DNA of 64,000 nucleotides from Candidatus Tanganyikabacteria bacterium (GCA_016867235.1 VGJY01000002.1:2647-66646), one strand, 5' to 3'. Positions 8,159-17,947 are shown, counted from the stretch's first letter. A program made the numbers and translations. Notes: generated by a model from the sequence alone, not told the origin.

Positions 8159-9063
8159 GGAGTGGGCAAGGCCCTCCCGGCCAGCGCTTCCTGGTAGGCC
8201 AGCATCGTCAGGCCGAACATCTGCTGCTTGAAGTCGTCGAGGGAGTTGCCGAACGGGGGGAGCGGCATCTTGAACGTGCGCTCCCGCTCCCCGCCCGGCT
8301 TGATGACCGTGACGTCCACGACCGGAATGGCCGGATCCCAGCGCTCCACGAAGGTGCGCGGCTCGCCCGTCAGGTAATTGACCTCCTTGCGCACCGCGAG
8401 GCGCAACTCGGGCAGGCCCGTCGCCGGATCGGTGGTCAGTTCGGCCTCGTACCCGCGGTCGATCGGCAGCAGCGGGATGCGGCTCAGGAAGGCCTCCAGC
8501 GGCGAAGGCGTGGCGACCCAGGTGATGGGCGGGACGAACGAACCGGAGGCCGAGGCGCTCGCCGGCAGGCTCGTCACCTGCTCGGTGCCCGTGCTCTCGG
8601 GAGTCGTGGGGTAGAAGCGGTGGGCGTTTTCGGCCACCACCTTGTCCACGGCCTTCGTGAGGGCGCTTGCCGAACTGGCCGACAGCCCGAGTTGTTGCAG
8701 GCGCTTGACCATCAATTGCGCCTTGGCCTCGTCCACCCGTTGCAGCGCCGGATTCAGCTTCTTGTACTCGGCCAGCTCCTTGGGCGGCACGGTAGGCGTC
8801 GGCCGGGGCGTGGGCGTCGGGGCCGGGGGCCGGGGCGTCGCCGCCGCCGACCGATCCGGGTAGGCGATGGGGCTCTCGCGGCGCGGCTCATCGGCTCTTG
8901 GCGCCGGCCTGGGCAGATCCACCAGGCGTACCAGCGGCGGGATACTGGGTGCCGGGCTTGCCGCCCGCGGGCCGCGCACGCGCAGCAGGGCCACGCCCAC
9001 GACCAGCAGCGCCAACCCCAGGTGGACGGCGACCGACGCGCCGAGCCACCGCTTCTTGATCAT
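8155..9063 (-). CDS. single-pass membrane protein with Pro-rich linker; hypothetical
   Basis: Track ORF of 302 aa. A TM segment near the N-terminus is followed by a PTPTPRPTPT linker. The 3' end of the gene is copy 2 of the 109-bp repeat. Confidence 0.6.
   Translation of the reverse strand: MIKKRWLGASVAVHLGLALLVVGVALLRVRGPRAASPAPSIPPLVRLVDLPRPAPRADEPRRESPIAYPDRSAAATPRPPAPTPTPRPTPTVPPKELAEYKKLNPALQRVDEAKAQLMVKRLQQLGLSASSASALTKAVDKVVAENAHRFYPTTPESTGTEQVTSLPASASASGSFVPPITWVATPSPLEAFLSRIPLLPIDRGYEAELTTDPATGLPELRLAVRKEVNYLTGEPRTFVERWDPAIPVVDVTVIKPGGERERTFKMPLPPFGNSLDDFKQQMFGLTMLAYQEALAGRALPTP
8159..8267. repeat. 109-bp perfect direct repeat, copy 2; the native 3' end of the 8155-9063 gene
   Basis: Identical to 3607-3715. 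Confidence 0.8.
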
Positions 9064-9066
9064 GGC

Positions 9067-10164
9067 CTAGCGGCTTGCGGTCTGGAGCTGCATGGAGTCG
9101 CCCACTTTCTGCAACTGCTCGGGATACAGGTCGCCGTAGGTGAACACGGCGAACTCCTTCTTCTCGCCCTTGGCGACGCCGTAGTAGTTGTAGGGGGACT
9201 GGATGGCAAGCTCCATGAACTTGTCGGCCAGCTTCGCGGCAAACGCTCCCGCCAGCAGCGTGACCCAGAGGTTGTCTGCCGGGCGGTACCGCACGTAGAG
9301 CCAGTTGAGGCCGTCGGTGTAGCTGATCAGCACCATCTGCGTGGCGTAGAAGGTGCTGACCTCGACGCCGTGCAGCACGAACGCCGGGGGCACGTTGCCC
9401 GGCGTCGCGAGCTTGCCGCCGATAGCCTTCTCCGCCTCGGCGATCGTCTTGTAGAAGACGAACGCATTCTCCCGCGAACCGGTCTTGAGTTCGATCTGGT
9501 TGATGTCCCGCGGGACGCGTTGCTCGAGGTCGAGGGTACCCGTAGGCGTGAACTCGGTGTACTGGCTCTGGAAGTAGGGTTCGATGCCGATCGCCCAGGT
9601 GCGATCCTCGCGCATGATCTGGTGGTTGTCCTTCGCGATCCAGTAGCGGTGCCCCGGGACGTAGAATCCGCCCTTGGGGATGATGTCCAGCACGTGGCAA
9701 TCGCGACCGGCGATGGCGGAAGGCAGGCTCTCCTTCTGCAGGGCCTCGGGCGTCATCACCGTGAGCATGTAATTGCGGTACAGCAGGTCGGGATTGGTGG
9801 TGATCTCGCCCAGGATGGTCGCGGTGACTTCGTTGGCGCCCGACGGATTGTCGTTTCGGAAGAGCAGATTCTCGTCGGGGAAGTACACGCTGGCCCGGTT
9901 TTCCTTGAGCCACAGGTTGACGTTGGTCAGCTTGCCGGGATCCTCGATGATCACCCGCAGGTTCTTCGCATCCCGGTAATGGACGCGCATGGCCGCGTGG
10001 TAGGAATCGGCCTGGCGGGTGAGCTTCTGCGTCCTCAACCCCTGGAAGCTGACCTTGCCCTGGTTCTGGCGCACGTTGGTCACCAGGTCGTACGGCGTGA
10101 TCGCCATCGCGGGGATCGCCAGCGCCAGCCAGATCGCGACTGCCTTCAAGACCGTACGAGCCAC
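9067..10164 (-). CDS. secreted protein, possibly LolA/RseB-like fold; hypothetical
   Basis: Track ORF 9067..10254. A GTG start gives the signal peptide VARTVLKAVAIWLALAIPAMA. The start could instead be the upstream ATG at 10254. Confidence 0.5.
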   Translation of the reverse strand: MARTVLKAVAIWLALAIPAMAITPYDLVTNVRQNQGKVSFQGLRTQKLTRQADSYHAAMRVHYRDAKNLRVIIEDPGKLTNVNLWLKENRASVYFPDENLLFRNDNPSGANEVTATILGEITTNPDLLYRNYMLTVMTPEALQKESLPSAIAGRDCHVLDIIPKGGFYVPGHRYWIAKDNHQIMREDRTWAIGIEPYFQSQYTEFTPTGTLDLEQRVPRDINQIELKTGSRENAFVFYKTIAEAEKAIGGKLATPGNVPPAFVLHGVEVSTFYATQMVLISYTDGLNWLYVRYRPADNLWVTLLAGAFAAKLADKFMELAIQSPYNYYGVAKGEKKEFAVFTYGDLYPEQLQKVGDSMQLQTASR

Positions 10165-10291
10165 GGATGCCTCTTCCTCACGATGCCGATCCAGGGTTGC
10201 CGCCTGCCGGCGCACGCTGCCATGACGACCGCGCACCCGGTCAGGTTTCACCATGCTAACCCGGACTCCCGGGCGGGAGGCAATACCGGCG

Positions 10292-10537
10292 CTAGTCCTG
10301 GGCGGACATCACCCGCTCCACGATGACGTCGGCCATCCGCTCGTAGTGGTCGCGGACGATCTCGAAGTTGAGCTTCGCGTCGGGCGGGAAGAGCTTGAGC
10401 ACGACTTGCCGCGGGTTCTGGAGATCCACCGACCACGGTACGTAGCGGGCCGCGGCGTCGGCCGAGTAGAAGAGGATCCCGCAGAACATCGGGCCATCGT
10501 GGCGTTCGATGACGCAGGACCCGATTTCTACGGTCAT
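10292..10537 (-). CDS. small hypothetical protein (81 aa)
   Basis: Track ORF with protein-like composition. No homology recognised. Confidence 0.35.
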   Translation of the reverse strand: MTVEIGSCVIERHDGPMFCGILFYSADAAARYVPWSVDLQNPRQVVLKLFPPDAKLNFEIVRDHYERMADVIVERVMSAQD

Positions 10538-10617
10538 GCTTGGGTTATACCCTCGCTTTCGGGCTTTTCGTGCGTCATGACGCCGCCCGGCGAAAGTTCA
10601 GACGGCCGAAACGTTAT

Positions 10618-11418
10618 CTACATGCCGACTTCGGCCATGGGGTTCGGCGTGGGGAAGAGCGGTTTGCCGTCCGTCTGGTAGACGTAGTCGAAGCGCACGG
10701 TGTCGTGGCTGACCTTGCGCACGAAGATCTTGGCGAAGGTGAGCTTGTTGACCTTGATCGGCGCGGGAGGTGGCGTAGGCGGCGCCTTGGGCTTGTTGAG
10801 CGCGGGCGTGCCCTCCGGTTCGGGACGGGTGGCCGTCTGGAGCGGAACCGACAGGTCGGTGTCGATGCGCATGGCCACCGTCATGCCCGCCGTGATTCCC
10901 CACACGGCCGGGGTCTCGGCCGGCGCCACCCCGATCCACGGGGCCCGCGACAGGTCCTTGAACCCGAAGAAGTCGCCGTCGCCCAGCTTGGCGAAGCGAA
11001 CCTTGCTGCGGCCGCCCGGGATGGCCACAATCGAGTGCCCCGGGTGGAGCGGATCGTGCGGCGGATTGAACTTGAAGCGGAAGTGCGCCTGCCAGTCCTG
11101 CTCGCCGCTGGTGCCCTCGCCCGACACCATGTTGAAGCCGCCGCTCTGCCAGTAGCCGGCGCCGAGATCCTCGTACTTGAGGACCATGTCCTCGCCGAAG
11201 AGCACGGAATCCGGGTAGAGCGGCGCCGGGGTGGGCTTGGGCGTGGGGTGCGGGACGAGGGGGAACACGAAGGCCACCTTCTCCATCGGCGCCTTCCCGG
11301 CCGCCATGTTCTCGAGGACGCGGCCGACCTGTTGCCGGTTGACGCTGTCGGCGAAGAACAGGACCGGGACGACCAGGGCGATTCCGATGACGACCTCGCG
11401 CCTCATGTTGTTGGCCAT
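10618..11418 (-). CDS. membrane-anchored hypothetical protein with Pro-rich segments
   Basis: Track ORF of 266 aa with an N-terminal TM segment VVIGIALVVPVLFFA. Confidence 0.5.
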   Translation of the reverse strand: MANNMRREVVIGIALVVPVLFFADSVNRQQVGRVLENMAAGKAPMEKVAFVFPLVPHPTPKPTPAPLYPDSVLFGEDMVLKYEDLGAGYWQSGGFNMVSGEGTSGEQDWQAHFRFKFNPPHDPLHPGHSIVAIPGGRSKVRFAKLGDGDFFGFKDLSRAPWIGVAPAETPAVWGITAGMTVAMRIDTDLSVPLQTATRPEPEGTPALNKPKAPPTPPPAPIKVNKLTFAKIFVRKVSHDTVRFDYVYQTDGKPLFPTPNPMAEVGM

Positions 11419-11507
11419 TCCCGCCCCGCCGGGCCGACAAACGCGCTGCCCGAACGTGACGCCGATCCTTGCTCGCGGCGCCGCCCGGCGCCTAAGCTCC
11501 GGGAACC

Positions 11508-12851
11508 GTGATCAAAGAGCAGCCAATCGTGGTAAGAGTGCACAGTCCGGCCAGGAAGACCCGCGAAGGCGGATCGCTCGGCCTTTACCTGCTCGGGGGC
11601 GTCACTTTCGGCGCCTGGTTCCTGCAGTTCTTCACCGGCCTCTTCGACCACTGGCCCACGCTCGGCGTGTTCGCGGCGGGCACCGTGGCCCTCCTGGGAT
11701 CCGCGGTCGCGGCCCAGGGCATCCGGGAGCCTCTCCCCGCGTGGCGGGCGATGGGCCTTGCAGCCGGCCTGGCCGCGGCGATCGCCGGGTTCTGGGCGCT
11801 GCAGACCAAGCTCTCCTACGGCTCCACCCTGCTGGGGCACCCGCGCTACAGCGCTCCGCACTTCGCCGCGCCGCACCCGGCGGGCACCCGCGTCGTGCGC
11901 CTTGTGGGCGCCGACGGCGTGCCGGTCGACGGGCTCTTCTTCCCCGGGAACCACCAGGGGGCGATCGTGATCTACCCGGGCTGGGTCGGCGGCAAGGACG
12001 GCTTTGCGGCCGCCAGCCTGGCCGCCTGGCTCGCGCCGGGCTTCCAGGTGCTCGTGCTCGATCCCCGCGGTACCGGCGGTTCTGGCGGCTTCCAGCGGGG
12101 CCTGGGCGACGGCAAGCTGGACATCCAGGCCGCGGCCGGCTTCCTGCGCGGCAAGGGCGCCGCCGCCGTGGGCGTACTCGCCGAGGGCGACACGGCCCTG
12201 GCGGCCGCCCTCTCGGCGGCCGACGCCGATCCGACCTCGGACCGCCGCGTGGACGCCGTCATGCTGGTCGGGCCGACGCAGGCCTGGGGCGAGACGGCGG
12301 GCGGCGCGGCGAAGACCTGGTTCGACGATCCCCGCACCTCGTTCGGGCGGGCGTACTGGCGGGTGGCGGCCGGCAAGCGCCTCGCCCGCGGCCAGGGGCC
12401 CCTGCTCGCCGAGGCTCTGCCCCGCGTGGCGCCGCGGCCGCTGTTGATCGTCGCCCACCCTGGCGAGGGCGCCAAGCAGGCCCAGCAACTCTACATGGCC
12501 GCCTCCGAGCCGCGCGGCCTGCGCATCCTGCCGGGCGGAGGCTGGCCCCTTGGCTGGGAGGCCTATCCGGCATACCACGGAGCCGCCCGCGACTGGTTCC
12601 GGCGCGTGCTGGCCACGCAGACCGCCGCCGCCCCGGGCGCCACGCCGCAGGCCTCGGGATCGGCCCAGGCGAAGCCGCCCCTCACGCCCGAAGAGCAGCA
12701 GATGAAGGCGATGCTGTCCGAGCCGCAGCCGCTGGTGCCGGCCTTGCCCACCCCGGCGTCGCGGCCGGCCGGCGCTCCGGACCCGGCCGCCCGGGTGCCC
12801 GCGCTGCCAGCCCCGCCCGGGCCGCCTGGGCCGCCTAGCGTAGGCCGCTAG
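11508..12851 (+). CDS. membrane-anchored alpha/beta hydrolase
   Basis: Track ORF of 447 aa with a GTG start and N-terminal TM helices, followed by an alpha/beta-hydrolase-like region (VLVLDPRGTGGSGG). Confidence 0.6.
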   Translation: MIKEQPIVVRVHSPARKTREGGSLGLYLLGGVTFGAWFLQFFTGLFDHWPTLGVFAAGTVALLGSAVAAQGIREPLPAWRAMGLAAGLAAAIAGFWALQTKLSYGSTLLGHPRYSAPHFAAPHPAGTRVVRLVGADGVPVDGLFFPGNHQGAIVIYPGWVGGKDGFAAASLAAWLAPGFQVLVLDPRGTGGSGGFQRGLGDGKLDIQAAAGFLRGKGAAAVGVLAEGDTALAAALSAADADPTSDRRVDAVMLVGPTQAWGETAGGAAKTWFDDPRTSFGRAYWRVAAGKRLARGQGPLLAEALPRVAPRPLLIVAHPGEGAKQAQQLYMAASEPRGLRILPGGGWPLGWEAYPAYHGAARDWFRRVLATQTAAAPGATPQASGSAQAKPPLTPEEQQMKAMLSEPQPLVPALPTPASRPAGAPDPAARVPALPAPPGPPGPPSVGR

Positions 12852-13380
12852 CGGTTTGCAGGCTCTCCCGCCGGCCCAGCGATGCGGCCAGGCGGGCGAA
12901 GCCTTCCCGCCGCTCGCGCCAGTAGCCGTTGGCCAGGCCGCTGGTGGAGTAGACGGCGGTGACCGCGATGTCCGCGGGAAAGCGCGCGGCTTGCGCCTCG
13001 TAGCGCCGCAGCAGGTCCACGCCCACGAAGCAGACGGTGCGCGGCCGGTACTCGGCCACCAGAGCGGACAGGCGGGCGAATCCCGCCAGGTACTCGCCCT
13101 TGGCCAGCTCCCGGGACGTGGCGGTGGGCCGCTTGACGACGTCGGTGATGCCGATGCCGTGATCCAGCACCCGCACGTCGTCGCCGGGCGTGCCGTAGAA
13201 GGCCGGCACCAGCCCGCACGCGTGCAGTTCCTTCCAGAAGGCGTTTGCCGGGTTGCCGTAGTACTGCCGCCGGGCGATCGCCGGGAGGCTCGGGTTGTAG
13301 CCTACGAAGAGCAGGTCGAGACCAGGCCGGACGATGTCCGCCAGGGTCTCCTGGCCGTCAACCCAGGTGAGTTCCGCCAC
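12835..13380 (-). CDS. mug: G/U mismatch-specific uracil-DNA glycosylase (Mug/TDG family)
   Basis: 181 aa. LDLLFVGYNPSLPAI...YYGNPANAFW matches the Mug active-site region. Confidence 0.75.
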   Translation of the reverse strand: MAELTWVDGQETLADIVRPGLDLLFVGYNPSLPAIARRQYYGNPANAFWKELHACGLVPAFYGTPGDDVRVLDHGIGITDVVKRPTATSRELAKGEYLAGFARLSALVAEYRPRTVCFVGVDLLRRYEAQAARFPADIAVTAVYSTSGLANGYWRERREGFARLAASLGRRESLQTASGLR

Positions 13381-14386
13381 GGGTCGAGGATAGCACCCCC
13401 TGGCCGCGCGCGCCGTCGAAGATGTCCTTGATGCCGCCGACGGCGCCGAGCAGGCTGGTCGCCTCGTACGGCAGGTAGATCACCTTGTTGTCGCGGCCCG
13501 AGACCATCTCGCGCAAGGTCTCGATGTAGCGCATGGCGATCAGGAAGTTGGCCGGGTTGCCGCCGGTGCCTGCAATGGTGTCCGAGAGCGTCTTGACCGA
13601 CGCCGACTCGGCCTGGGCGACCCGCAACCGGGCTTCGGCCTCGCCCTCGGCGCGGAGCACCCGGGCCCGCTTCTCCCCTTCGGCCTTGTTGATCTCGGCC
13701 TCGCGCATGCCTTCGGCCTCGAGGATGCGCGCCCGCTTGGTGCCCTCCGCCTCGAGGATCTGGGCGCGGCGGTCGCGTTCGGCCCGCATCTGCTTCTCCA
13801 TGGCCTCGCGGATGTCACGCGGCGGATTGATGTCCTGCAACTCGACGCGGGTGACCTTGACGCCCCACTTGTGGCCGGCCTCGTCCAGGATCACGCGCAG
13901 CTTGGTGTTGATCGTGTCGCGGGAGTTGAGGGATTCGTCTAGGTCCATCTCGCCGATGATGTTGCGCAGCGAGGTCTGGGTGAGCTTCTCGATGGAGTCC
14001 GGCAAGTTGGCGATCTCGTAAACCGCCTTCTTCGGGTCGGTGATCTGGATGAAGACCAGGGCGCTGATCTCGGTGGCGACGTTGTCCTTGGTGATGACGT
14101 TTTGCTTGGGGATATCCAGCACCGTCTCGCGCAGGTCGATGCGCGCCGTCCGGATGCGCCGCACCACTTGCCGGCCGCCCGCCTCCTCGGCGTACTTCCA
14201 GTCGATGGAGCGGGGCTGATCGATGAGGGGGATGATCAGGCTGAGGCCGCTGCCGATGGTCGTGTAGTAGCGGCCCAGGCGTTCGATGACCATGGTCTCG
14301 GCCTGCTTGACGATCACCAGGCCCTTCGAGACGACGACGATGATGAAGATGGCGAGGACGAAGAGGACGAACAAGCCGCCTTCCAT
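13358..14386 (-). CDS. SPFH/band-7 (stomatin/prohibitin-like) membrane protein
   Basis: An internal ATG gives the N-terminus MEGGLFVLFVLAIFIIVVVSKG followed by an SPFH domain. GGAGGG lies upstream of the ATG. The long upstream extension in the track ORF is spurious. Confidence 0.8.
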   Translation of the reverse strand: MEGGLFVLFVLAIFIIVVVSKGLVIVKQAETMVIERLGRYYTTIGSGLSLIIPLIDQPRSIDWKYAEEAGGRQVVRRIRTARIDLRETVLDIPKQNVITKDNVATEISALVFIQITDPKKAVYEIANLPDSIEKLTQTSLRNIIGEMDLDESLNSRDTINTKLRVILDEAGHKWGVKVTRVELQDINPPRDIREAMEKQMRAERDRRAQILEAEGTKRARILEAEGMREAEINKAEGEKRARVLRAEGEAEARLRVAQAESASVKTLSDTIAGTGGNPANFLIAMRYIETLREMVSGRDNKVIYLPYEATSLLGAVGGIKDIFDGARGQGVLSSTRGGTHLG

Positions 14387-14388
14387 GC

Positions 14389-14844
14389 CTAACCCTCCCT
14401 TCCCGTGGATTCGGGCTCCACGATCAAGCGCGCCCCTTCGACCTCGACCACGACGACCTTCTCGCCCGGTTCGATCGCCCGGCCGGACCGCGTGACGCCC
14501 CACCAGTCCTCGCCGTCCACCTTGACCCGCCCCTGGCTCGTGGCCGGATCGAGCCGCTCGGACACGAGCGCCTCGCGGCCCACCAGGGCGTCGACGTTGG
14601 TCTTGTGAGCCTCCGGCCCGGCGAGGTGCGCAAGGGCGAACGGCCGCACGCCGAAGAAGGCGGCGAGCGAGGCCGCGGAGAACGCCAGCAACTGCAGCGT
14701 GACGTCCAGGTGGTAGAACCCGGCGATCGCCGCGACCAGGCTGCCGACCGCGAAGCACGCGAGCACGAAGCCGGCGGTGAACACTTCGCCGATGATCAGC
14801 GCCAGGGCGATGATGGTCCAGATGTGCCAGGCATCCAGGTGCAC
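14389..14844 (-). CDS. NfeD-family membrane protein (stomatin operon partner)
   Basis: 151 aa with two TM helices and an OB-fold C-terminus. It sits immediately upstream of the SPFH gene. Confidence 0.7.
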   Translation of the reverse strand: MHLDAWHIWTIIALALIIGEVFTAGFVLACFAVGSLVAAIAGFYHLDVTLQLLAFSAASLAAFFGVRPFALAHLAGPEAHKTNVDALVGREALVSERLDPATSQGRVKVDGEDWWGVTRSGRAIEPGEKVVVVEVEGARLIVEPESTGREG

Positions 14845-14875
14845 GCCCCAGGGTACCCCGCGCCGGCGGAGAGCG

Positions 14876-15874
14876 CTACAGCTCGAAGGATTGCGCCGGG
14901 ACCGGCATGGCGCGGGCCGCGTCCGCCTCGGTCAAGGTGGGCTTGACCAGGTAGGGGGGCCCTTTCTCGGGGAAGGGCACCACGACCCGATCGAAATCCG
15001 ACGGCAGTACGCAATTCTCGAAGACGCCCCGCGCCTCGTTGTGGATGTCGCGGGGCGGGTGGCGAAACGAGAGATGCGTGAGGACCAGGAGCTTGACCCC
15101 GGCCTGGCTGGCCACGCGACCGGCCTCCGCGGCGGTGGTGTGGCTGGTCTCGCTGGCGCGGCCCTGCTCGGCGCTCGTGAACGTGGAGTCGTGCACCAGA
15201 CAGTCGCATCCCCGGGCCGCCCGCAGGACCGCCTCGCACGGCCGCGTGTCGCCCGTGACGACCACCTTGCGACCGGGCCGCGACGGGCCCATGACGTCGT
15301 CCGGCCGCACCTCGCGGCCATCCGGCAGCGCGATCACCTCGCCGTGCTGCAGGCGCCCGAAGGCCGGACCCTCGGGCACACCGAGCTTGCGGGCGGCGGC
15401 CGGGTCGAAGCGGCCGGGGCGCGGATCTTCGTAGAAGCCGTAGCCGAGGCTCGGGATGCGGTGCTCGGTAGCGATGGTCTCCACGCGGTAGCCGGGGAAG
15501 GACAAACGCTCGCCGGGCGCCAGTTCGCGCCATTCCACCGGGAAGGAGATGCGGCCGATCACCCTTCGCAAGGCCTCGACCAGGTCGAAGAGCCCCCGCG
15601 GCCCGTAGATCTCGGCCGGCTCTTCCCGCCCCCAGAGCTCCCAGGTCTTGAGCATCCCCGGCAGACCCAGGTAGTGGTCGGCATGCAGGTGCGTCAGGAG
15701 GATGCGCTGGATCTGGGTGATGCCGACGGCGGCCTTGATGAGTTGCCGCTGCGTGCCTTCGCCGCAATCCACCAGGAAGCGATCCCCGCCCCGTTGCACC
15801 AGCGTGGACGATAAACCGCGGCTCGGCGTCGGCACGGCTCCCGCCGTGCCGAGGAACGTCAGGGAGAGTTCCAT
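14876..15874 (-). CDS. rnz: ribonuclease Z (tRNase Z, metallo-beta-lactamase fold)
   Basis: 332 aa with the HxHxDH motif (LLTHLHADHYLG) and the RNase Z C-terminal motifs. Confidence 0.85.
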   Translation of the reverse strand: MELSLTFLGTAGAVPTPSRGLSSTLVQRGGDRFLVDCGEGTQRQLIKAAVGITQIQRILLTHLHADHYLGLPGMLKTWELWGREEPAEIYGPRGLFDLVEALRRVIGRISFPVEWRELAPGERLSFPGYRVETIATEHRIPSLGYGFYEDPRPGRFDPAAARKLGVPEGPAFGRLQHGEVIALPDGREVRPDDVMGPSRPGRKVVVTGDTRPCEAVLRAARGCDCLVHDSTFTSAEQGRASETSHTTAAEAGRVASQAGVKLLVLTHLSFRHPPRDIHNEARGVFENCVLPSDFDRVVVPFPEKGPPYLVKPTLTEADAARAMPVPAQSFEL

Positions 15875-15885
15875 GCCCCGCGCGT

Positions 15886-16059
15886 CAGGGAAGGGATTTT
15901 CGACCAGACGAGATGAGGGCCGCCCCGCCGGCCGTGAACAGGATGCCGATGATGAGCATCGGCGAGCCCGCCAGGATCTGCCAGCCGAACTTCAGCAGGT
16001 CGATCACCCCGATGACGACCAGGATCGTGCCGAGGATGGTCTTCGCGGCAGGAGGCATG
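15886..16059 (-). CDS. small membrane protein (57 aa), hypothetical
   Basis: The sequence is MPPAAKTILGTILVVIGVIDLLKFGWQILAGSPMLIIGILFTAGGAALISSGRKSLP. It lies 12 nt upstream of rnz on the same strand. Below the ORF-track threshold. Confidence 0.3.
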
Positions 16060-16064
16060 GCCTA

Positions 16065-17879
16065 TCAGGCGCCGACCGGAGCGGGAGCGCCCGCATACAC
16101 CTCCTCGATCTGGGCCTTGTAGCGCTCGAGGATGATGCGCCGCTTGAGCTTGAGCGTGGGCGTGAGCTCGCCCTTGTCCTGCGAGAGTTCTTCGGGCAGG
16201 AGCACGAACTCCTTGATCTGCTCGAAGCGGGCGAAATCGCGGGTCGTGCGGTCGATCTCGGCACGTAGCAACTGGCGCACCTTCGGGATCTCGATCAGCG
16301 CCACGCGGCTGGCGGTGTTGAGGCCCTCGCCCTTGGCCCAGCGCTCCAGCGGCTCGAAGTTGGGCACGATGAGGGCGGAGATGAAGTTGCGGTTGTCGCC
16401 GATCAGCACCGCCTGCGCGATGTAGGGGCTGGTGATGAGCGCGTTTTCGACCGGCGCCGGCGCGACGTTCTTGCCGTTGGACATCACCAGGATCTCCTTC
16501 TTGCGGTCGGTGATCTTGAGGTAGCCGTCGGCGTCGAACTCGCCGATGTCGCCGGTGTGGAACCAGCCGTCGGCGTCGATGGCGTCACGGGTGGCATCGG
16601 CCAGGTTCCAGTAGCCCTTCATGACGTTGGGGCCCTTGCAGAGGATCTCGCCGTCGGCCGCTATCTTGACGTCGACGCCCGGGATGGGCTTGCCGACCGT
16701 ACCCAGGCGGCGGGCCGCCGGGGTGTTGGCCGAGACGATCGGGCTCGTCTCGGTCAGGCCGTAGCCCTCCAGCACGGTGATGCCGATGAGGTTGAAGAAT
16801 TCCCCGACCTCGCGGGAAAGCGGCGCGCCGCCCGAGATGGCGTAGCGCAGCTTGCCGCCCGTACGGGCCCGGATCTTCGAGAAGACCAGGCGATCGGCGA
16901 TGGCCACCTGCAGCGCGAGCACCGGCGGGACGCTCCCCACTTTCTCCTTCTCGACAGAGGCTTCCTTGGCCACCTTCAGGCCCCAGGTGAACAGCGTCTT
17001 CTTGAGCCCGCCGGCTTGATCCATGGCGTCGTAGACGCGGGCGCGAATCTTCTCGAAGAGGCGCGGCACGCTGCACATGAAGGTCGGCGAGACCTCGGCC
17101 AGGTTTTGCGGCACCTTGTCGATGTTTTCAGCGTAGTTGATCGTCGCCCCGGCGAGGACGAAGGTGTAGTAGGCGATGCGCTCGAAGACGTGGCAGAGCG
17201 GCAGGAACGACAGGCAGGAATCCTCGGCGGTGATGCCGATGAGCGTGTTGATCACCTGGTGGTTGGAGGCCAGGTTGTTGTGCGAGAGCATCGCGCCCTT
17301 GGGATTGCCGGTGGTGCCGGACGTGTAGATGATGGACGCCAGGTCGTCGCCCTTTAGCTGCTCCTTGCGGGCTTTGCGCTCGTTGAGTGTGGATCCCAGC
17401 AACTCTTCGCCCTTCTTGAGGAGGGCGTCGAACGTGAGAATGTCCTGCTTGACCGCATGCTCGGGCGCGCCGTCCAGGAGCACCACGTGCGTCAACTGCG
17501 GTACCTCGCCCGAGATCTCGGAGATCTTGGCGAGGTGCGTGCCGGACGACAGGATGATCAGCTTGGCGCCGCAGTCCTCGAGGATGTACTTGACCTGCGC
17601 GGCCGTGAGCGTCGGGTAGATCGGCACGTTGACCGCGCCGGCGGCCAGGATCCCCTGGTCGGCGAAGACCCACTCGGGCCGGTTCTCCGACAGCAGGGCG
17701 ACGCGATCGCCCGCCACGACCCCGAGGCCGATCAGGGCCGCCGTCACCTTCTCGGCAAAATCGGCGAACTCCTGGTAGGTAATGGGGTGCCAGGCTTCGT
17801 TCTTCTTGTAGCGAAGGGCGGCCTTGGAGCCGAATTTGGCGACCGTCTGGTCGAACACGGCGGGCAGGGTCACGTGCAT
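16065..17879 (-). CDS. long-chain fatty acid--CoA ligase (AMP-binding)
   Basis: Internal ATG (MHVTLP) with GGAGGA 9 nt upstream; it has the AMP-binding motif TSGTTGNPKGAMLSHNN and a FadD-like C-terminus. Confidence 0.8.
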   Translation of the reverse strand: MHVTLPAVFDQTVAKFGSKAALRYKKNEAWHPITYQEFADFAEKVTAALIGLGVVAGDRVALLSENRPEWVFADQGILAAGAVNVPIYPTLTAAQVKYILEDCGAKLIILSSGTHLAKISEISGEVPQLTHVVLLDGAPEHAVKQDILTFDALLKKGEELLGSTLNERKARKEQLKGDDLASIIYTSGTTGNPKGAMLSHNNLASNHQVINTLIGITAEDSCLSFLPLCHVFERIAYYTFVLAGATINYAENIDKVPQNLAEVSPTFMCSVPRLFEKIRARVYDAMDQAGGLKKTLFTWGLKVAKEASVEKEKVGSVPPVLALQVAIADRLVFSKIRARTGGKLRYAISGGAPLSREVGEFFNLIGITVLEGYGLTETSPIVSANTPAARRLGTVGKPIPGVDVKIAADGEILCKGPNVMKGYWNLADATRDAIDADGWFHTGDIGEFDADGYLKITDRKKEILVMSNGKNVAPAPVENALITSPYIAQAVLIGDNRNFISALIVPNFEPLERWAKGEGLNTASRVALIEIPKVRQLLRAEIDRTTRDFARFEQIKEFVLLPEELSQDKGELTPTLKLKRRIILERYKAQIEEVYAGAPAPVGA

Positions 17880-17947
17880 GCGATGAATCCTCCGAACTGG
17901 TAATCCCACATTCTACCAGTCCAGCTCCGGCCGGCAGGGGGGAGCGG

